From a candidate division WOR-1 bacterium RIFOXYB2_FULL_37_13 (GTDB lineage Bacteria > Margulisbacteria > WOR-1 > XYC2-FULL-46-14 > XYC2-FULL-37-10), in contig MEUB01000036.1 of the NCBI GenBank assembly GCA_001771535.1, positions 842-64,841 on the forward strand: a stretch of DNA of 64,000 nucleotides, in the 5' to 3' direction. Position numbers and translations under genes: made by a program. The notes under the pieces are model-generated. The model did no database searches. It had not been told where the DNA came from and saw nothing but the letters and a program-made list of their open reading frames with translations. The stretch's first letter is position 1. Each line of letters opens with the position of its first letter. Below are positions 1-9,866 of the stretch, piece after piece.

Positions 1-249
1 TTGCATTCGCACCAAACTCTACTTATTTAATTATCAAAGATCGTGAAGCAGACTCAAAAAAGACAAAAAAACCCTTTCTCCTACTTTTAGGATTTTCAGG
101 TGTTTTTCTTTTGAATCAACCTGAGGATTATTACCTCTTAAGCATGTTTAGTATATCATCACTATTCCTTTTGTCAAGAGGGATTTTTATCGCCTTCTAT
201 TTTCTAGGATTCTTTGACTAATTTTCGCCACCAGAGTATGATTTACTGT

Positions 250-822
250 ATGGAAACACTTTTAGTTGCTACTTTAAATAAACATAAGCTCTACGAAATC
301 GGAAAAATCTTGAAAGGTTTTAAGATTTACGGCAAAGGAATAGAGGTAAATGAAGATGGTAAAACTTTTGAGGAAAATGCCCTAAAGAAAGCTGCCGCGG
401 TTTTTAAAAAGTTTAAGAAGCTTACGATAGCAGATGATTCAGGGCTAGTTATTGATTGCTTAGACGGAAAACCAGGGATCAAATCCGCAAGGTTTGCAAC
501 TCCGCCAACACCGCAAAATCTTTGCAGGAAAGTTCTTGATAAAATGAAAAAATGCAAAAGCAGGCAAGCTCACTTTGTTTGCTCTATGGCAATAATTTTT
601 CATACAGGCAAAATCAAAATAATAAATGGGTTCGTATACGGAGAAATTGCAAATGAGATGAGAGGAGAAAATGGATTCGGTTATGATTCCATTTTTATTC
701 CGTCTGGTTTTACAAAGACATTCGGCGAGATGACCGATACAGAAAAAAACAAAGTAAGCCACAGAGCAAGAGCCCTCGCGAAAGTTAAAGAAATTTTCAG
801 TAAAGCAGATAAAACAAAATGA
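250..822 (+). CDS. rdgB: Non-canonical purine NTP pyrophosphatase (RdgB/Ham1 family)
   Basis: ORF 214..822; conserved LVATLNKHKL N-terminus and SHRARAL C-terminal motif typical of Ham1/RdgB; start placed at METLL (250) by homology to family N-termini, 214 is an alternative. Confidence 0.8.
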   Translation: METLLVATLNKHKLYEIGKILKGFKIYGKGIEVNEDGKTFEENALKKAAAVFKKFKKLTIADDSGLVIDCLDGKPGIKSARFATPPTPQNLCRKVLDKMKKCKSRQAHFVCSMAIIFHTGKIKIINGFVYGEIANEMRGENGFGYDSIFIPSGFTKTFGEMTDTEKNKVSHRARALAKVKEIFSKADKTK

Positions 823-1391
823 ATCTTTTGCCATTTATTACATCGTTTTTTATAATATCAGCCGCAGAGCTTGGTGATAAAACCCAGCTTTTAATCCTTG
901 GACTCGCCACAAAATACAATCCGATAAAAGTAATTGCAGCAGTAAGTCTCGCTTCAGGAACCCTTATGGCAATAGCTGTTGTTTTTGGCGGAATCGTAAA
1001 TCAATTTATCCCTGACGTTTATTTGCAAATAATTGCGGGTCTTTTATTTATAGGCTTTGGTGTATGGACATTATATGAAAAAGGGAAAGAGGAAGAAGAG
1101 ATCCTTCTAGATAGAGGAAACAAAAATGAATTCCTAATAGTTTTCTCAGCTTTTTTTATTGCGGAACTTGGAGACAAAACACAAATCGCAACCCTTGCCT
1201 TATCAGCACAATACGGAGCTCCTTTTAAAGTCTGGCTTGGCGCAACGCTTGGGATGATCTTCATCAATGCATTAGCCCTTATTGTCGGAATTTATCTCAA
1301 AAAATTTATTCCTGAAGAGAAGATAAAAGTTTTTGGCGGTATAATTTTTGTTGTATTCGGGGTTTTAACTCTTATGCAATTATTGTTTTAA
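819..1391 (+). CDS. UPF0016 / GDT1 (TMEM165) family membrane protein, putative cation (Mn/Ca):H+ exchanger
   Basis: Two copies of the E-x-G-D-K-T motif (AELGDKTQ at N-term and again mid-protein), hydrophobic throughout. Confidence 0.8.
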   Translation: MNLLPFITSFFIISAAELGDKTQLLILGLATKYNPIKVIAAVSLASGTLMAIAVVFGGIVNQFIPDVYLQIIAGLLFIGFGVWTLYEKGKEEEEILLDRGNKNEFLIVFSAFFIAELGDKTQIATLALSAQYGAPFKVWLGATLGMIFINALALIVGIYLKKFIPEEKIKVFGGIIFVVFGVLTLMQLLF

Positions 1392-1473
1392 TACTTTCAA
1401 AAAAATCAGCATATATTTCTCACGCTCTGATATTTTTGAAAAAGAAGTTCCCACATGTTATAATTTAAAAATA

Positions 1474-2211
1474 ATGCAAACCCGCATGGAAAAAATATTA
1501 TCCGGAATTATTGAAAATCAAAGGATCTCCAACGCATATCTCTTCTGCGGAGGGAACCACAGCCAAAAAGTTGAAGCAGCTGTGAATTTTGCCTCCAAAC
1601 TAAATTGCAAGGGAAATCCATCTCCCTGCCATGAATGTCTGCATTGTGAAAAAATCAAAAAGGGAAAACATCCAGATGTGATTTTCATTCAAAAAGAAAA
1701 TTCATCCATAAAAATAAATCAAATAAGATTTTTAAAAGAAATAACAAAATACGGTCCTTCCGAAGGAGCATGGCAAGTTGTAATTATAGATGAGGCGGAT
1801 ACAATTACAAATGAAGCGGCAAACAGTTTTTTAAAAATACTGGAAGAGCCTTCCTGCAATGTGGTTTTTATTCTAATCAGTGAACGCGAAGGCTCTTTAC
1901 CAAAAACAATTTTGTCAAGATGCCAAAAATTTATTTTTGAAGAGCTCCCTCCCCTGCCTCCATCAGAAATGGCCTGTAAAATACATAAAAAAATAGAAGA
2001 AAAACCTTTTAATTACATTGATATTTCACAAATGCTTTCAGACAAAAAAACAGCTAAAGAAATTTTGCAGGAAATATATAATATTTTCGCTATTGCGAAA
2101 AATGCCCAAAAAGCAAAAGTTGTCTTAGAAACATTAAAAGGAATAGAGAAAAATGCCAATCACAAGCTGGTAATAGATTTTCTCTGCTTTAATTTATGGA
2201 ACAAAAACTAG
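1474..2211 (+). CDS. holB: DNA polymerase III delta-prime subunit (AAA+ clamp-loader subunit)
   Basis: N-terminal clamp-loader-like region, Zn-module-like CHECLHC, VIIDEAD box, gene order holB-PSP1 as in many bacteria. Confidence 0.75.
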   Translation: MQTRMEKILSGIIENQRISNAYLFCGGNHSQKVEAAVNFASKLNCKGNPSPCHECLHCEKIKKGKHPDVIFIQKENSSIKINQIRFLKEITKYGPSEGAWQVVIIDEADTITNEAANSFLKILEEPSCNVVFILISEREGSLPKTILSRCQKFIFEELPPLPPSEMACKIHKKIEEKPFNYIDISQMLSDKKTAKEILQEIYNIFAIAKNAQKAKVVLETLKGIEKNANHKLVIDFLCFNLWNKN

Positions 2212-2858
2212 CAGTTAAACTAAGAAAATTTAATAGGATATGTCCCATAAAGGGATATAAAGAAGACAGCATAAGAATTGGCGCCCCTGTTATTGTCAAA
2301 ACCGACAGAGGAGAAGAATTTGGCACTATTATTTCTTTTGTTAAAAATGTCCCTGAAGGGACTTCTGACGTCAGTCTAAAAAAAGTTCTTCGTTATGCGA
2401 CGGAAAATGATTTAAAAACCGCAAACTTTCTTCCGGAAAAAGAGGCAAAAGCATATCAATTAGCCAATGAGAAGATAAGAGAATATGAACTTCCAATAAA
2501 AATTGTTGAAGTTGAATATTTATTTGATAACAAAAAAATCAACCTCTATTATAAAATCGCTAAAGACAAAAAAATCTCGGATTTAAAGCCATTTAGAAAG
2601 GATTTATCCGGCATCTTAAAAGCTGAAGTCATAATGCGGTCTGTTACCCCCAGAGATGAGGCAAAAATAATCGGAGGGCTTGGCCCATGCGGAAAGACCT
2701 TATGCTGCTGCTCATGGCTGCAAAAGCCCAAACACATAACGGTAAAAATGGTCAAAGATCAAGGGGTTCAAATTTCCCCTACAAAAACATCCGGTATATG
2801 CGGACGCTTAATGTGTTGTTTTGAATATGAATTAGGGAAACAGGATAAAAATATATAA
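2196..2858 (+). CDS. PSP1 C-terminal domain protein (RicT/YaaT-like)
   Basis: GPCGKTLCCCSW and GRLMCCFEYE cysteine motifs characteristic of PSP1/YaaT; follows holB. Confidence 0.75.
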   Translation: MEQKLAVKLRKFNRICPIKGYKEDSIRIGAPVIVKTDRGEEFGTIISFVKNVPEGTSDVSLKKVLRYATENDLKTANFLPEKEAKAYQLANEKIREYELPIKIVEVEYLFDNKKINLYYKIAKDKKISDLKPFRKDLSGILKAEVIMRSVTPRDEAKIIGGLGPCGKTLCCCSWLQKPKHITVKMVKDQGVQISPTKTSGICGRLMCCFEYELGKQDKNI

Positions 2859-2877
2859 AGGGAAGAAGGCGCAAAAA

Positions 2878-3222
2878 GTGAATGAATGTATTTTTTGTAA
2901 GATGGTCGAAAAAAAAATTCCCGTAGAAATCGTAGATGAAGATGAAGACATTCTTGCTTTTAAAGATATTAAGCCGCAAGCTCCCATACATGTATTGGTT
3001 ATTCCGAAAATTCACATACCATCTATCACATCAATAACAAAAGAACATTCAAGAATTATGATGAAAATAATAAAAAGCATCCAGAATATTGCAAAAAAAA
3101 CTGATATAATAGATAGTGGTTTTAGAATTGTTGTAAACAATGGGGAAAATGCAGGGCAAGCCGTCGACCATTTGCATTTTCATATTCTCGGAGGAAGATC
3201 GTTAAAATGGCCTCCCGGATAA
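2878..3222 (+). CDS. HIT family histidine-triad nucleotide hydrolase
   Basis: CIFC N-terminus and HxHxH-like HLHFHILGG motif; GTG start inferred. Confidence 0.85.
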   Translation: MNECIFCKMVEKKIPVEIVDEDEDILAFKDIKPQAPIHVLVIPKIHIPSITSITKEHSRIMMKIIKSIQNIAKKTDIIDSGFRIVVNNGENAGQAVDHLHFHILGGRSLKWPPG

Positions 3223-3276
3223 CAAATAGCAATAATCATAAAAAATGATTTTCTAACAAAGGATGGTGAAATAAAA

Positions 3277-3471
3277 ATGACAAAGATCAATGTTTCAAAA
3301 GATGAATCTATTGATAAAGTTCTTAGAAAATTTAAAATGAAGATGCGGCGTGAAGGGGTTATTGATGAAATCAAGAGAAGAGAATTTTATGAAAAACCCA
3401 GCGATAGACGCCGTAAAAATAAGGCAAAAGCCATTAGAAGAGAACAAAAACGACAACGTGAAGAAGATTGA
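3277..3471 (+). CDS. rpsU: 30S ribosomal protein S21
   Basis: 64-aa highly basic protein, FKxxxRREG and C-terminal RRRK/KRQ-rich tail typical of S21. Confidence 0.9.
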   Translation: MTKINVSKDESIDKVLRKFKMKMRREGVIDEIKRREFYEKPSDRRRKNKAKAIRREQKRQREED

Positions 3472-4541
3472 AAATTCTTGACAGATATTTAATCAAAGAA
3501 ACTTTTGTCCCTTTCCTTTTGGGGATTGTCGGATTTGTTTTGGTAATGATTGTAGATCTGCTTTTTACGTTTGTTGATCTGATAATTAATAAAGGAATTG
3601 ATTTCTCTTCAGTTTTACAACTGATGCTTTATAAACTTCCATATATTATGGTAATGACTTTCCCTGTAGCAACCCTTTTTGGTGTTTCCATGGCAATGGG
3701 AAGAATGGGAAAAGACAATGAAATTACCGCGTTAAGAACGTCAGGAATATCTTTTAAAAGAATCGCAAGACCAATAATAATTTTATCAATTCTTGTATCA
3801 GCCTTGGCTTTTTTAATAAATGAAAAACTTGTTCCATATGCCAACCAACAATCTCAAACAATAATCAGAGAAATAGTAATGAAACAACCGCTTCCCGAAA
3901 TAAAAGAAGATGTTTTTTTTAAAGATGCTTACAACCGTTATTTTTATGTCAAAAAAATAAACAATAAGGATAAAATCCTTGAAAATATTATGGTCTATGA
4001 ATTAACAGGTGAAGATATCCCAAGGATTACAACTGCTCAAAAATCAAAAATTGAAGGGTTGAAAATAATTTTATATAACGGAAGTATCCATAATTTCGAT
4101 AAATCAGGCCGATTGGCTTATGAGGCTATATTTAAAGAAATAGAATTAAACTTAAATGAAGATCCTTTTGCCGTCTCAAATTATAAAACATCCGAACAAA
4201 TGGACTCAACGGAACTTGTAGACAAAATAAACACACTTGAAAAAAGCGGTGTCAGCACGCAAGCATTGAAAACCGATTATCTAATGAAATTTTCTATCCC
4301 ATTAGCTTCGTTTGTATTTGCAATTATCGGGATCCCCCTTTCTCTTCCGACATTAAAAAGCAATCGAGCATGGGGAATGATTGTGACAATTATTATAATG
4401 TTTACTTTTTATGTATTTGCTTCTGTTTTCAGGTCTTTTGGAAGAGGAGGAATTGTTTCTCCACTCTTTGCAGCATGGACACCACAATTTCTTTTTGGTA
4501 TATTAGGAGCAGCTTTGCTTTTTAGAGAGGCCAACAAATGA
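3468..4541 (+). CDS. LptF/LptG (YjgP/YjgQ) family permease
   Basis: MKILDRYLxKE N-terminus, 6 TM topology with large periplasmic loop; family-level call only. Confidence 0.7.
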   Translation: MKILDRYLIKETFVPFLLGIVGFVLVMIVDLLFTFVDLIINKGIDFSSVLQLMLYKLPYIMVMTFPVATLFGVSMAMGRMGKDNEITALRTSGISFKRIARPIIILSILVSALAFLINEKLVPYANQQSQTIIREIVMKQPLPEIKEDVFFKDAYNRYFYVKKINNKDKILENIMVYELTGEDIPRITTAQKSKIEGLKIILYNGSIHNFDKSGRLAYEAIFKEIELNLNEDPFAVSNYKTSEQMDSTELVDKINTLEKSGVSTQALKTDYLMKFSIPLASFVFAIIGIPLSLPTLKSNRAWGMIVTIIIMFTFYVFASVFRSFGRGGIVSPLFAAWTPQFLFGILGAALLFREANK

Positions 4542-6901
4542 ACGCGGAACAGGAAAATCTGACAAAACAACTGCAAAAACAGCCTCGCAACCCAATGCTT
4601 ATAAAAAACCTGGGCAGGCATTATCTTATAAACGGATATTTCAAGCAGGCCAGAGAAGAGTATAAGCTCGCGCGATTGTTTTCCCCTCATGTCGTATCGG
4701 CAATCATGCTTGACCATGAAGAGGCTATATTTAAAAACCCTTCAAATATACAGGCAAGGCTTTCTATGATAAGTTTTTGCATTGATAATCAGGATATAGA
4801 TGCCGCAATAATTGAAGCAGAAGAACTCCTAGAAATAGATCCGTTAAATTTACAGGCATATAACCTTTTGGGCCGAATTTTTATAAAACAGGAAAAAATA
4901 GACGAAACAATGGCTCTCCTTGAAAATGCCCTTAAGCTTGGAATAAAAGATATTGCTATTTCTGAAATGCTGGCTTCTGTTTATCTTGAAAAAGGCAGAC
5001 TGCATGATGCTATAAAATTTTATGAGGAGCTTCCTTCTGACAAAAAAACCTTAAGAATGCTGGGAGAACTGTATTTAAGAACTGAAGATTATGAAAAAGC
5101 CGCGGAGAAATATTCTTTAATGTATGAAGATGATCCAGAAGTTGCAAATGAAGTTATAACCAAATTAGAAGAGCTTCTTCTTAGAAAAATTGATTCTATC
5201 CGCATACGGGAATTACTCGCAAAAACTTACTGCAAATCCCTAAAACCTGAACCAGCCGTCAAAAAGCTTACCGAAATATTCAAAATTGATCCTCAAAAAA
5301 TAGATGATATTATACATAAATTAAAAGATATTCTGAAAAGCTATCCCACTCATCCTGAAGCAACGCTGGCGCTTGCGGAAGTTTTATCCCACAAAGGAAA
5401 CTATAGTGAAGCCGTTGAAGAATATTACAATTTGATTAAAAGCAAACCGGACTACACAGAAAAAGCAATGGAAGGGAGCAAAAATATAATAAAGAAGTTT
5501 CCCGGACAGTTTTTGGCAAGACAATTTCTTATTGAAAACTATTTGAAAGAAGAAAATTTTACTTTAGCCGCAAAAGAAATAAAAGCTCTTTTACAGTCTT
5601 ATCCCGATTCAGCAGAGTGGATAATAGGCAAATGCAAAAATCTTTCCAAAAAAAACATTGAATTACGCGAATGCCTGGGATATGTATATCTTTCAAAAGA
5701 TGACTTCTTCAATGCAAATATTGAAGTCGAAAAAATATTAAAACTTGATGGACAAAGCATCCAAGCATTGCTCCTTCAGGGAGAAATTTTCCTAAAACAA
5801 AAATTATGTCGTAAAGCAAGTGAAACATTTAATAAAGCGTTAAAAATGTCTCCTTTTAATAAAACCGTCCATGAAAAGCACAGACAAGCCCGCCTTAAAG
5901 AAATAGAATTGGAAGCCGAACAAATAAAAAAACGTATTACTGAAGATGAATGGAAAATATCGCTTCATTTAGAATTAGGCAAGATTTATATTGATCTTGG
6001 AGAAAAGGAAAATGCCATAAGAGAGCTCCAAACAGCAAGTAAAGACACGCAAAGAGCCTCTTATGTTTATTTCGTTTTAGGCGGATTTTATTTTGACGGC
6101 GGATTTTACGACCAGGCTTTGGAGTCTTTCCGAAAAAGCCTGCAATTTGCTTCCAATGATTCTGAAGATCAAAATAAAAAAACAAAATTTAAAACAGCTT
6201 TAACCTATGAAGCCCAGGGCAACGTACGTTCTGCCATAAAAATATTGGAAGAAATATTGCAGGAAGACATAGATTATCCAGACATTAAAGAAAAAATACA
6301 GCTTTTAAAAAGGACGAATTTGGGCTCTTTGCAAAATAAATGCCTTGTCCTCACAATAAAAGATTTGGACAATTGGGACAATAAAGAGCTTATAGGAATG
6401 TGGGGTCAAGAATTAAAGAAGAGTATGGAGAAACAGACCCTTTCAATGTCTTTTGGACAAAACTATAACAATAGCGGCCTGGAATTTTTTATCAAAGGGA
6501 TGCATGAAGCAGCCGAAGAAGAATTCAGCCTTGCTGTACAACTTGATCCGCAATATATAGCAGGGATTAACAATCTTGCAGTAGCGCAACTTTCAAACAA
6601 GAAAATTCCGGAAGCTTTAAGCAATCTTCGAAAAGCCTATGAGATAGAACCAGCCTCCCCTATTATACTTAATAACCTAGGATTAGCATTACTGTTAAAC
6701 GGAGCAACAAATGAAGCTAACCATACACTAAACAGGGCGATTGAACTTAATGAAATGCTTCCCGCAGTTAAAATAAATCTTGCTGATGTCTTTTATGCGT
6801 TAGGAAAAGTTAAAGAAGCTTTTGATATATACAAATCAATCGGCGCTTCAGAAATAACCTATGACATAGCAAAAAGACGCCTGCTTTATAAGTTGCCTTA
6901 A
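4538..6901 (+). CDS. TPR-repeat protein (787 aa)
   Basis: Multiple tetratricopeptide-like 34-aa helical repeats (A/Y/L periodicity) along entire length; 4-nt overlap with upstream gene. Confidence 0.7.
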   Translation: MNAEQENLTKQLQKQPRNPMLIKNLGRHYLINGYFKQAREEYKLARLFSPHVVSAIMLDHEEAIFKNPSNIQARLSMISFCIDNQDIDAAIIEAEELLEIDPLNLQAYNLLGRIFIKQEKIDETMALLENALKLGIKDIAISEMLASVYLEKGRLHDAIKFYEELPSDKKTLRMLGELYLRTEDYEKAAEKYSLMYEDDPEVANEVITKLEELLLRKIDSIRIRELLAKTYCKSLKPEPAVKKLTEIFKIDPQKIDDIIHKLKDILKSYPTHPEATLALAEVLSHKGNYSEAVEEYYNLIKSKPDYTEKAMEGSKNIIKKFPGQFLARQFLIENYLKEENFTLAAKEIKALLQSYPDSAEWIIGKCKNLSKKNIELRECLGYVYLSKDDFFNANIEVEKILKLDGQSIQALLLQGEIFLKQKLCRKASETFNKALKMSPFNKTVHEKHRQARLKEIELEAEQIKKRITEDEWKISLHLELGKIYIDLGEKENAIRELQTASKDTQRASYVYFVLGGFYFDGGFYDQALESFRKSLQFASNDSEDQNKKTKFKTALTYEAQGNVRSAIKILEEILQEDIDYPDIKEKIQLLKRTNLGSLQNKCLVLTIKDLDNWDNKELIGMWGQELKKSMEKQTLSMSFGQNYNNSGLEFFIKGMHEAAEEEFSLAVQLDPQYIAGINNLAVAQLSNKKIPEALSNLRKAYEIEPASPIILNNLGLALLLNGATNEANHTLNRAIELNEMLPAVKINLADVFYALGKVKEAFDIYKSIGASEITYDIAKRRLLYKLP

Positions 6902-6922
6902 TTTCTTGAGGTCTATAATTTT

Positions 6923-7996
6923 TTATTCTTCGAGTGAGTCGGAAATTTTCCCTTTTTTCAACAAACTAATACAAGCCTTGTAAAAATTAATTCCTTTATC
7001 AATTATTTTGTATAAAAGGGGATTATAAACAAGATCATAAGCTCCAATATATTTAACAAGTTCTCCGTTAAAACCTTTTTTGAAACGATATACACCCCAT
7101 AACGGATGCTTTTCGCTGGGATTTGATGGAATTCCAAATAAATCATAATCCTTTAAGCCCTTTTCTTTGGCCCATTGGATTATATGCCAATGCAGTGCAT
7201 GATTAGGCATAACATTTCGATGTTTTGAAAGTGACGCGCCGTACATATACCAGAGTCGGGAACCAAATTTGAAAGTATAAACACCTGCGATCGGCTCATC
7301 ATTTAAATAAGCTATAAAAATATTCGCGAGCCCGTGATCAACAAGAAGTTTTTTTATGTTTTGGTAATATTTCAACGGGTGAATTAAAAAATTATCTCGC
7401 TTGCATGTCTCCTGATATATTTTGTAGAAAACTTCAACCCCATCATCGGTGGAAAGCTCTTTTACAACAACCCCTTTTTTGGCAGCCAAGCGGATATTGT
7501 AGCGAGTTTTTTCTTCAAAACTTTTTAGCAATTCGGCAGGTGCTTTAGTAATATCCAAAATAAAAGTCGACCGCGGCTGAATCTGCTTCTTGCAAACCAC
7601 AAATCCCTTTTCTTTTAAAACATTCTGTACACTTTTCACTGTACACGGTTCACTCTCTTTGACTTGCGGATCAATTTTCAATAAAATAGCATTATGCTTT
7701 TTTGCAACTTTTTTAATTTCTGCCAAGAAAAAATCTAAAGCTTGAGTATTTTGAAAATCAACGATAGGCCCTCTGGGGGCATAAAATAAATTCAGTTTTA
7801 CATAAGGGAGTTTGCGTTTAAGAATTGAAATAGCTGCAACAACTTTATTGTCATCTTCGACTGCTAAACGTAAGGGTTCCCAACCATGAAGAGCTTTAAG
7901 TTCTCCCCATTCGTATGATTGGAGAATCGCGGGTTCATCTTGATTAGCAACAAATTCATTCCAAAATTCTTTTGATATGTTATTTATAAGTCGCAT
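6923..7996 (-). CDS. FemAB-family aminoacyl-tRNA-dependent peptidoglycan peptidyltransferase (GNAT fold, two lobes)
   Basis: Family-typical N-terminal SYEWGELK and FYAPRGP motifs, ~350 aa two-domain size. Confidence 0.7.
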   Translation of the reverse strand: MRLINNISKEFWNEFVANQDEPAILQSYEWGELKALHGWEPLRLAVEDDNKVVAAISILKRKLPYVKLNLFYAPRGPIVDFQNTQALDFFLAEIKKVAKKHNAILLKIDPQVKESEPCTVKSVQNVLKEKGFVVCKKQIQPRSTFILDITKAPAELLKSFEEKTRYNIRLAAKKGVVVKELSTDDGVEVFYKIYQETCKRDNFLIHPLKYYQNIKKLLVDHGLANIFIAYLNDEPIAGVYTFKFGSRLWYMYGASLSKHRNVMPNHALHWHIIQWAKEKGLKDYDLFGIPSNPSEKHPLWGVYRFKKGFNGELVKYIGAYDLVYNPLLYKIIDKGINFYKACISLLKKGKISDSLEE

Positions 7997-8320
7997 TCAA
8001 TCCCTCTTTTGCAATGTAGGACAACGGCTTGTCCGTTGCCGTTGCTGCCTATTTCTTCGCATTTGTAGCAAGGAATAAACCTTGCCCTACATCTATCTAG
8101 AAATATATCTATTTAAAAAATATTTGAATTACAATTAAAGAAATTTGCACAACAATCAGGCTATCATCACATAATTCAATATAAGTGAAGAATCACAATA
8201 CTGTTAGTCCAATGACTATTCCCATACTGTTTTATAACTTTTTCAAGTTTTTGTTTAGAATCACAAGAAAAAACTTCCTCAAGATTTATCGGTTCATCAT
8301 CCTTATCTTTTGACATTTTA

Positions 8321-8716
8321 CTAGAAAATAGTTTTTATTAAGCCAGATTTAATGATCTTTTCATCTTTTGTGACTAAACAAGCTTCTTCTTTGAGGAATT
8401 CTTTATAAACTAGGGCTGTAGCACAAATTATTCCATCATGAATATCTAAATTTAGGGGAAGTTTTTCTATAACCGACAAATCAAGAGGATAAATAGTACA
8501 TCTTGTATCAGACTCTAAAACATTTATAATCTTCTCAAGATTTACACTTATCCTTCCTGACTGGCATAAATATTTTATCTCTGCTAATACAATTGAAGGT
8601 ATAACCAACAAATTAACTTCATCTTCTAATATTTCTTTTACTCTTTGACTTAAACGTTTATTCCCCTCAAAAAACCATACAAGAACATGTGTATCAACAA
8701 CAAAATGCATTGTCAC
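8321..8716 (-). CDS. vapC: PIN-domain ribonuclease toxin (VapC-like)
   Basis: VVDTHVLVW start with acidic residues spaced as in PIN domains; 4-nt overlap with upstream small gene. Confidence 0.7.
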   Translation of the reverse strand: MTMHFVVDTHVLVWFFEGNKRLSQRVKEILEDEVNLLVIPSIVLAEIKYLCQSGRISVNLEKIINVLESDTRCTIYPLDLSVIEKLPLNLDIHDGIICATALVYKEFLKEEACLVTKDEKIIKSGLIKTIF

Positions 8717-8937
8717 TCCTTAGTGAATTCATCTTTAATATTTATTTCTGAAGATTTGATTTCCTCAAATGACAAATCAGATTTATCCTTCCATATACCA
8801 TAAAGGCTAGAAAAAGCTTTATTCCCATTAGATGGTTCAATCAAAGCACTGCTCAAAGAAATTATTTGCATCTTGACTATTTTCATTTCATCTTCTAATC
8901 CCCGAATTTTCGCAAAAACAGAAGATTGATTATTCAT
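8713..8937 (-). CDS. Putative antitoxin partner of PIN toxin (VapB-like)
   Basis: 74-79 aa ORF immediately upstream of and overlapping the PIN gene; AGGTGG RBS before ATG at 8937; GTG at 8952 alternative. Confidence 0.5.
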   Translation of the reverse strand: MNNQSSVFAKIRGLEDEMKIVKMQIISLSSALIEPSNGNKAFSSLYGIWKDKSDLSFEEIKSSEINIKDEFTKE

Positions 8938-8964
8938 CTTAATAAACACCACCTATTTGTTAGT

Positions 8965-8989
8965 AATTATAACATAGTATGTTATAATT
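8965..8989. promoter_or_regulatory. Perfect 11-bp inverted repeat (AATTATAACAT-agt-ATGTTATAATT), putative TA operator overlapping a TATAAT -10
   Basis: Read directly; lies in the 58-bp divergent region between the antitoxin gene and trpG. Confidence 0.45.
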
Positions 8990-8994
8990 TCCTT

Positions 8995-9561
8995 ATGATC
9001 CTGATGATCGATAACTATGATTCGTTTACCTACAATCTGGTTCAATATCTTATGGAGCTTGGGGCAGATATACAAACTTTTCGCAATGATAAGATTACTA
9101 TAGAAGAAATAGAAAAGCTAAAGCCGGAAAAAATCATAATATCCCCCGGCCCTAAAACTCCAAAAGAAGCAGGTGTTTCTGTTGATGTCATTAAACATTT
9201 TGCTGGGAAAATTCCTATTTTAGGAGTTTGTTTAGGGCTTCAATCCATAGGATATGCGTTTGGAGGAAAAATAGTACGGGCAAAAAATCTTATGCATGGA
9301 AAAACTTCCCAAATCTACCATGACGGCAAAACAATTTTCAAAGGGCTTAAAAATCCTTTCACTGCTACAAGATACCATTCTTTAGTTGTTGAAAAAGAAA
9401 GCCTTCCGAAAGTTTTAGAAATATCAGCCTATACAAAAGAAGATGATGAAATTATGGGTCTGCGGCATAAAGAATTAAAAGTTGAAGGGGTTCAGTTTCA
9501 TCCGGAATCTATTTTGACAAGTTCGGGGAAAGAGCTGTTGAAAAACTTTCTTACTGTTTAG
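8995..9561 (+). CDS. trpG: Glutamine amidotransferase component II of anthranilate / aminodeoxychorismate synthase
   Basis: [15 protein letters not shown] start, GVCLGLQ catalytic Cys motif, HPES His-Glu; ORF 8926 trimmed to the ATG at 8995 that sits 8 nt after a TATAAT. Confidence 0.8.
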   Translation: MILMIDNYDSFTYNLVQYLMELGADIQTFRNDKITIEEIEKLKPEKIIISPGPKTPKEAGVSVDVIKHFAGKIPILGVCLGLQSIGYAFGGKIVRAKNLMHGKTSQIYHDGKTIFKGLKNPFTATRYHSLVVEKESLPKVLEISAYTKEDDEIMGLRHKELKVEGVQFHPESILTSSGKELLKNFLTV

Positions 9562-9568
9562 AAGAAGA

Positions 9569-9832
9569 TTATTTTTTATTGCCTGATTTATTTCCAGAAT
9601 CTTTTTTGCCAGTCTCTTTTACTGGCGTATGATGATGATGCTCTCTTTTGTTTCTATAATCCGTTATATGAAATCCGTCACCTTTAAAAACAATACCGGA
9701 AGCGGAAATTAAACGTTGAACTTTGCCTCCTCCGCACTTTATGCAGCTTTTAAGCGGTTTCTCTGTTATCTTTTGATGGTGCTCGTAAACACCACACTCT
9801 TCACATCTATAATCATAAGCCGGCATATACAT
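9569..9832 (-). CDS. FmdB-family zinc-ribbon protein
   Basis: YxCxxCG ... CxxCGG tetracysteine zinc ribbon at N-term, His-rich tail. Confidence 0.65.
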   Translation of the reverse strand: MYMPAYDYRCEECGVYEHHQKITEKPLKSCIKCGGGKVQRLISASGIVFKGDGFHITDYRNKREHHHHTPVKETGKKDSGNKSGNKK

Positions 9833-9866
9833 TAGGATAGCAAAAAAGAGGATAGTTAGTCAAGGC

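Noticed and set aside
327-834. Antisense ORFs 327..557 and 460..834 (and similar ones: 1019..1267, 2549..2755, 3629..3844, 10439..10954, 17054..17443, 53227..54821, 55446..56288 and others)
   Set aside because: They lie entirely within, and antisense to or out of frame with, genes that have clear family signatures or better coding character. They are low-complexity, lack RBS, and are a typical AT-rich-genome artefact.
7997-8320. T-box riboswitch upstream of the FemAB-family gene
   Set aside because: I searched both strands by eye for the conserved T-box sequence (AATTAGGGTGGNACCGCG-like) and did not find it.
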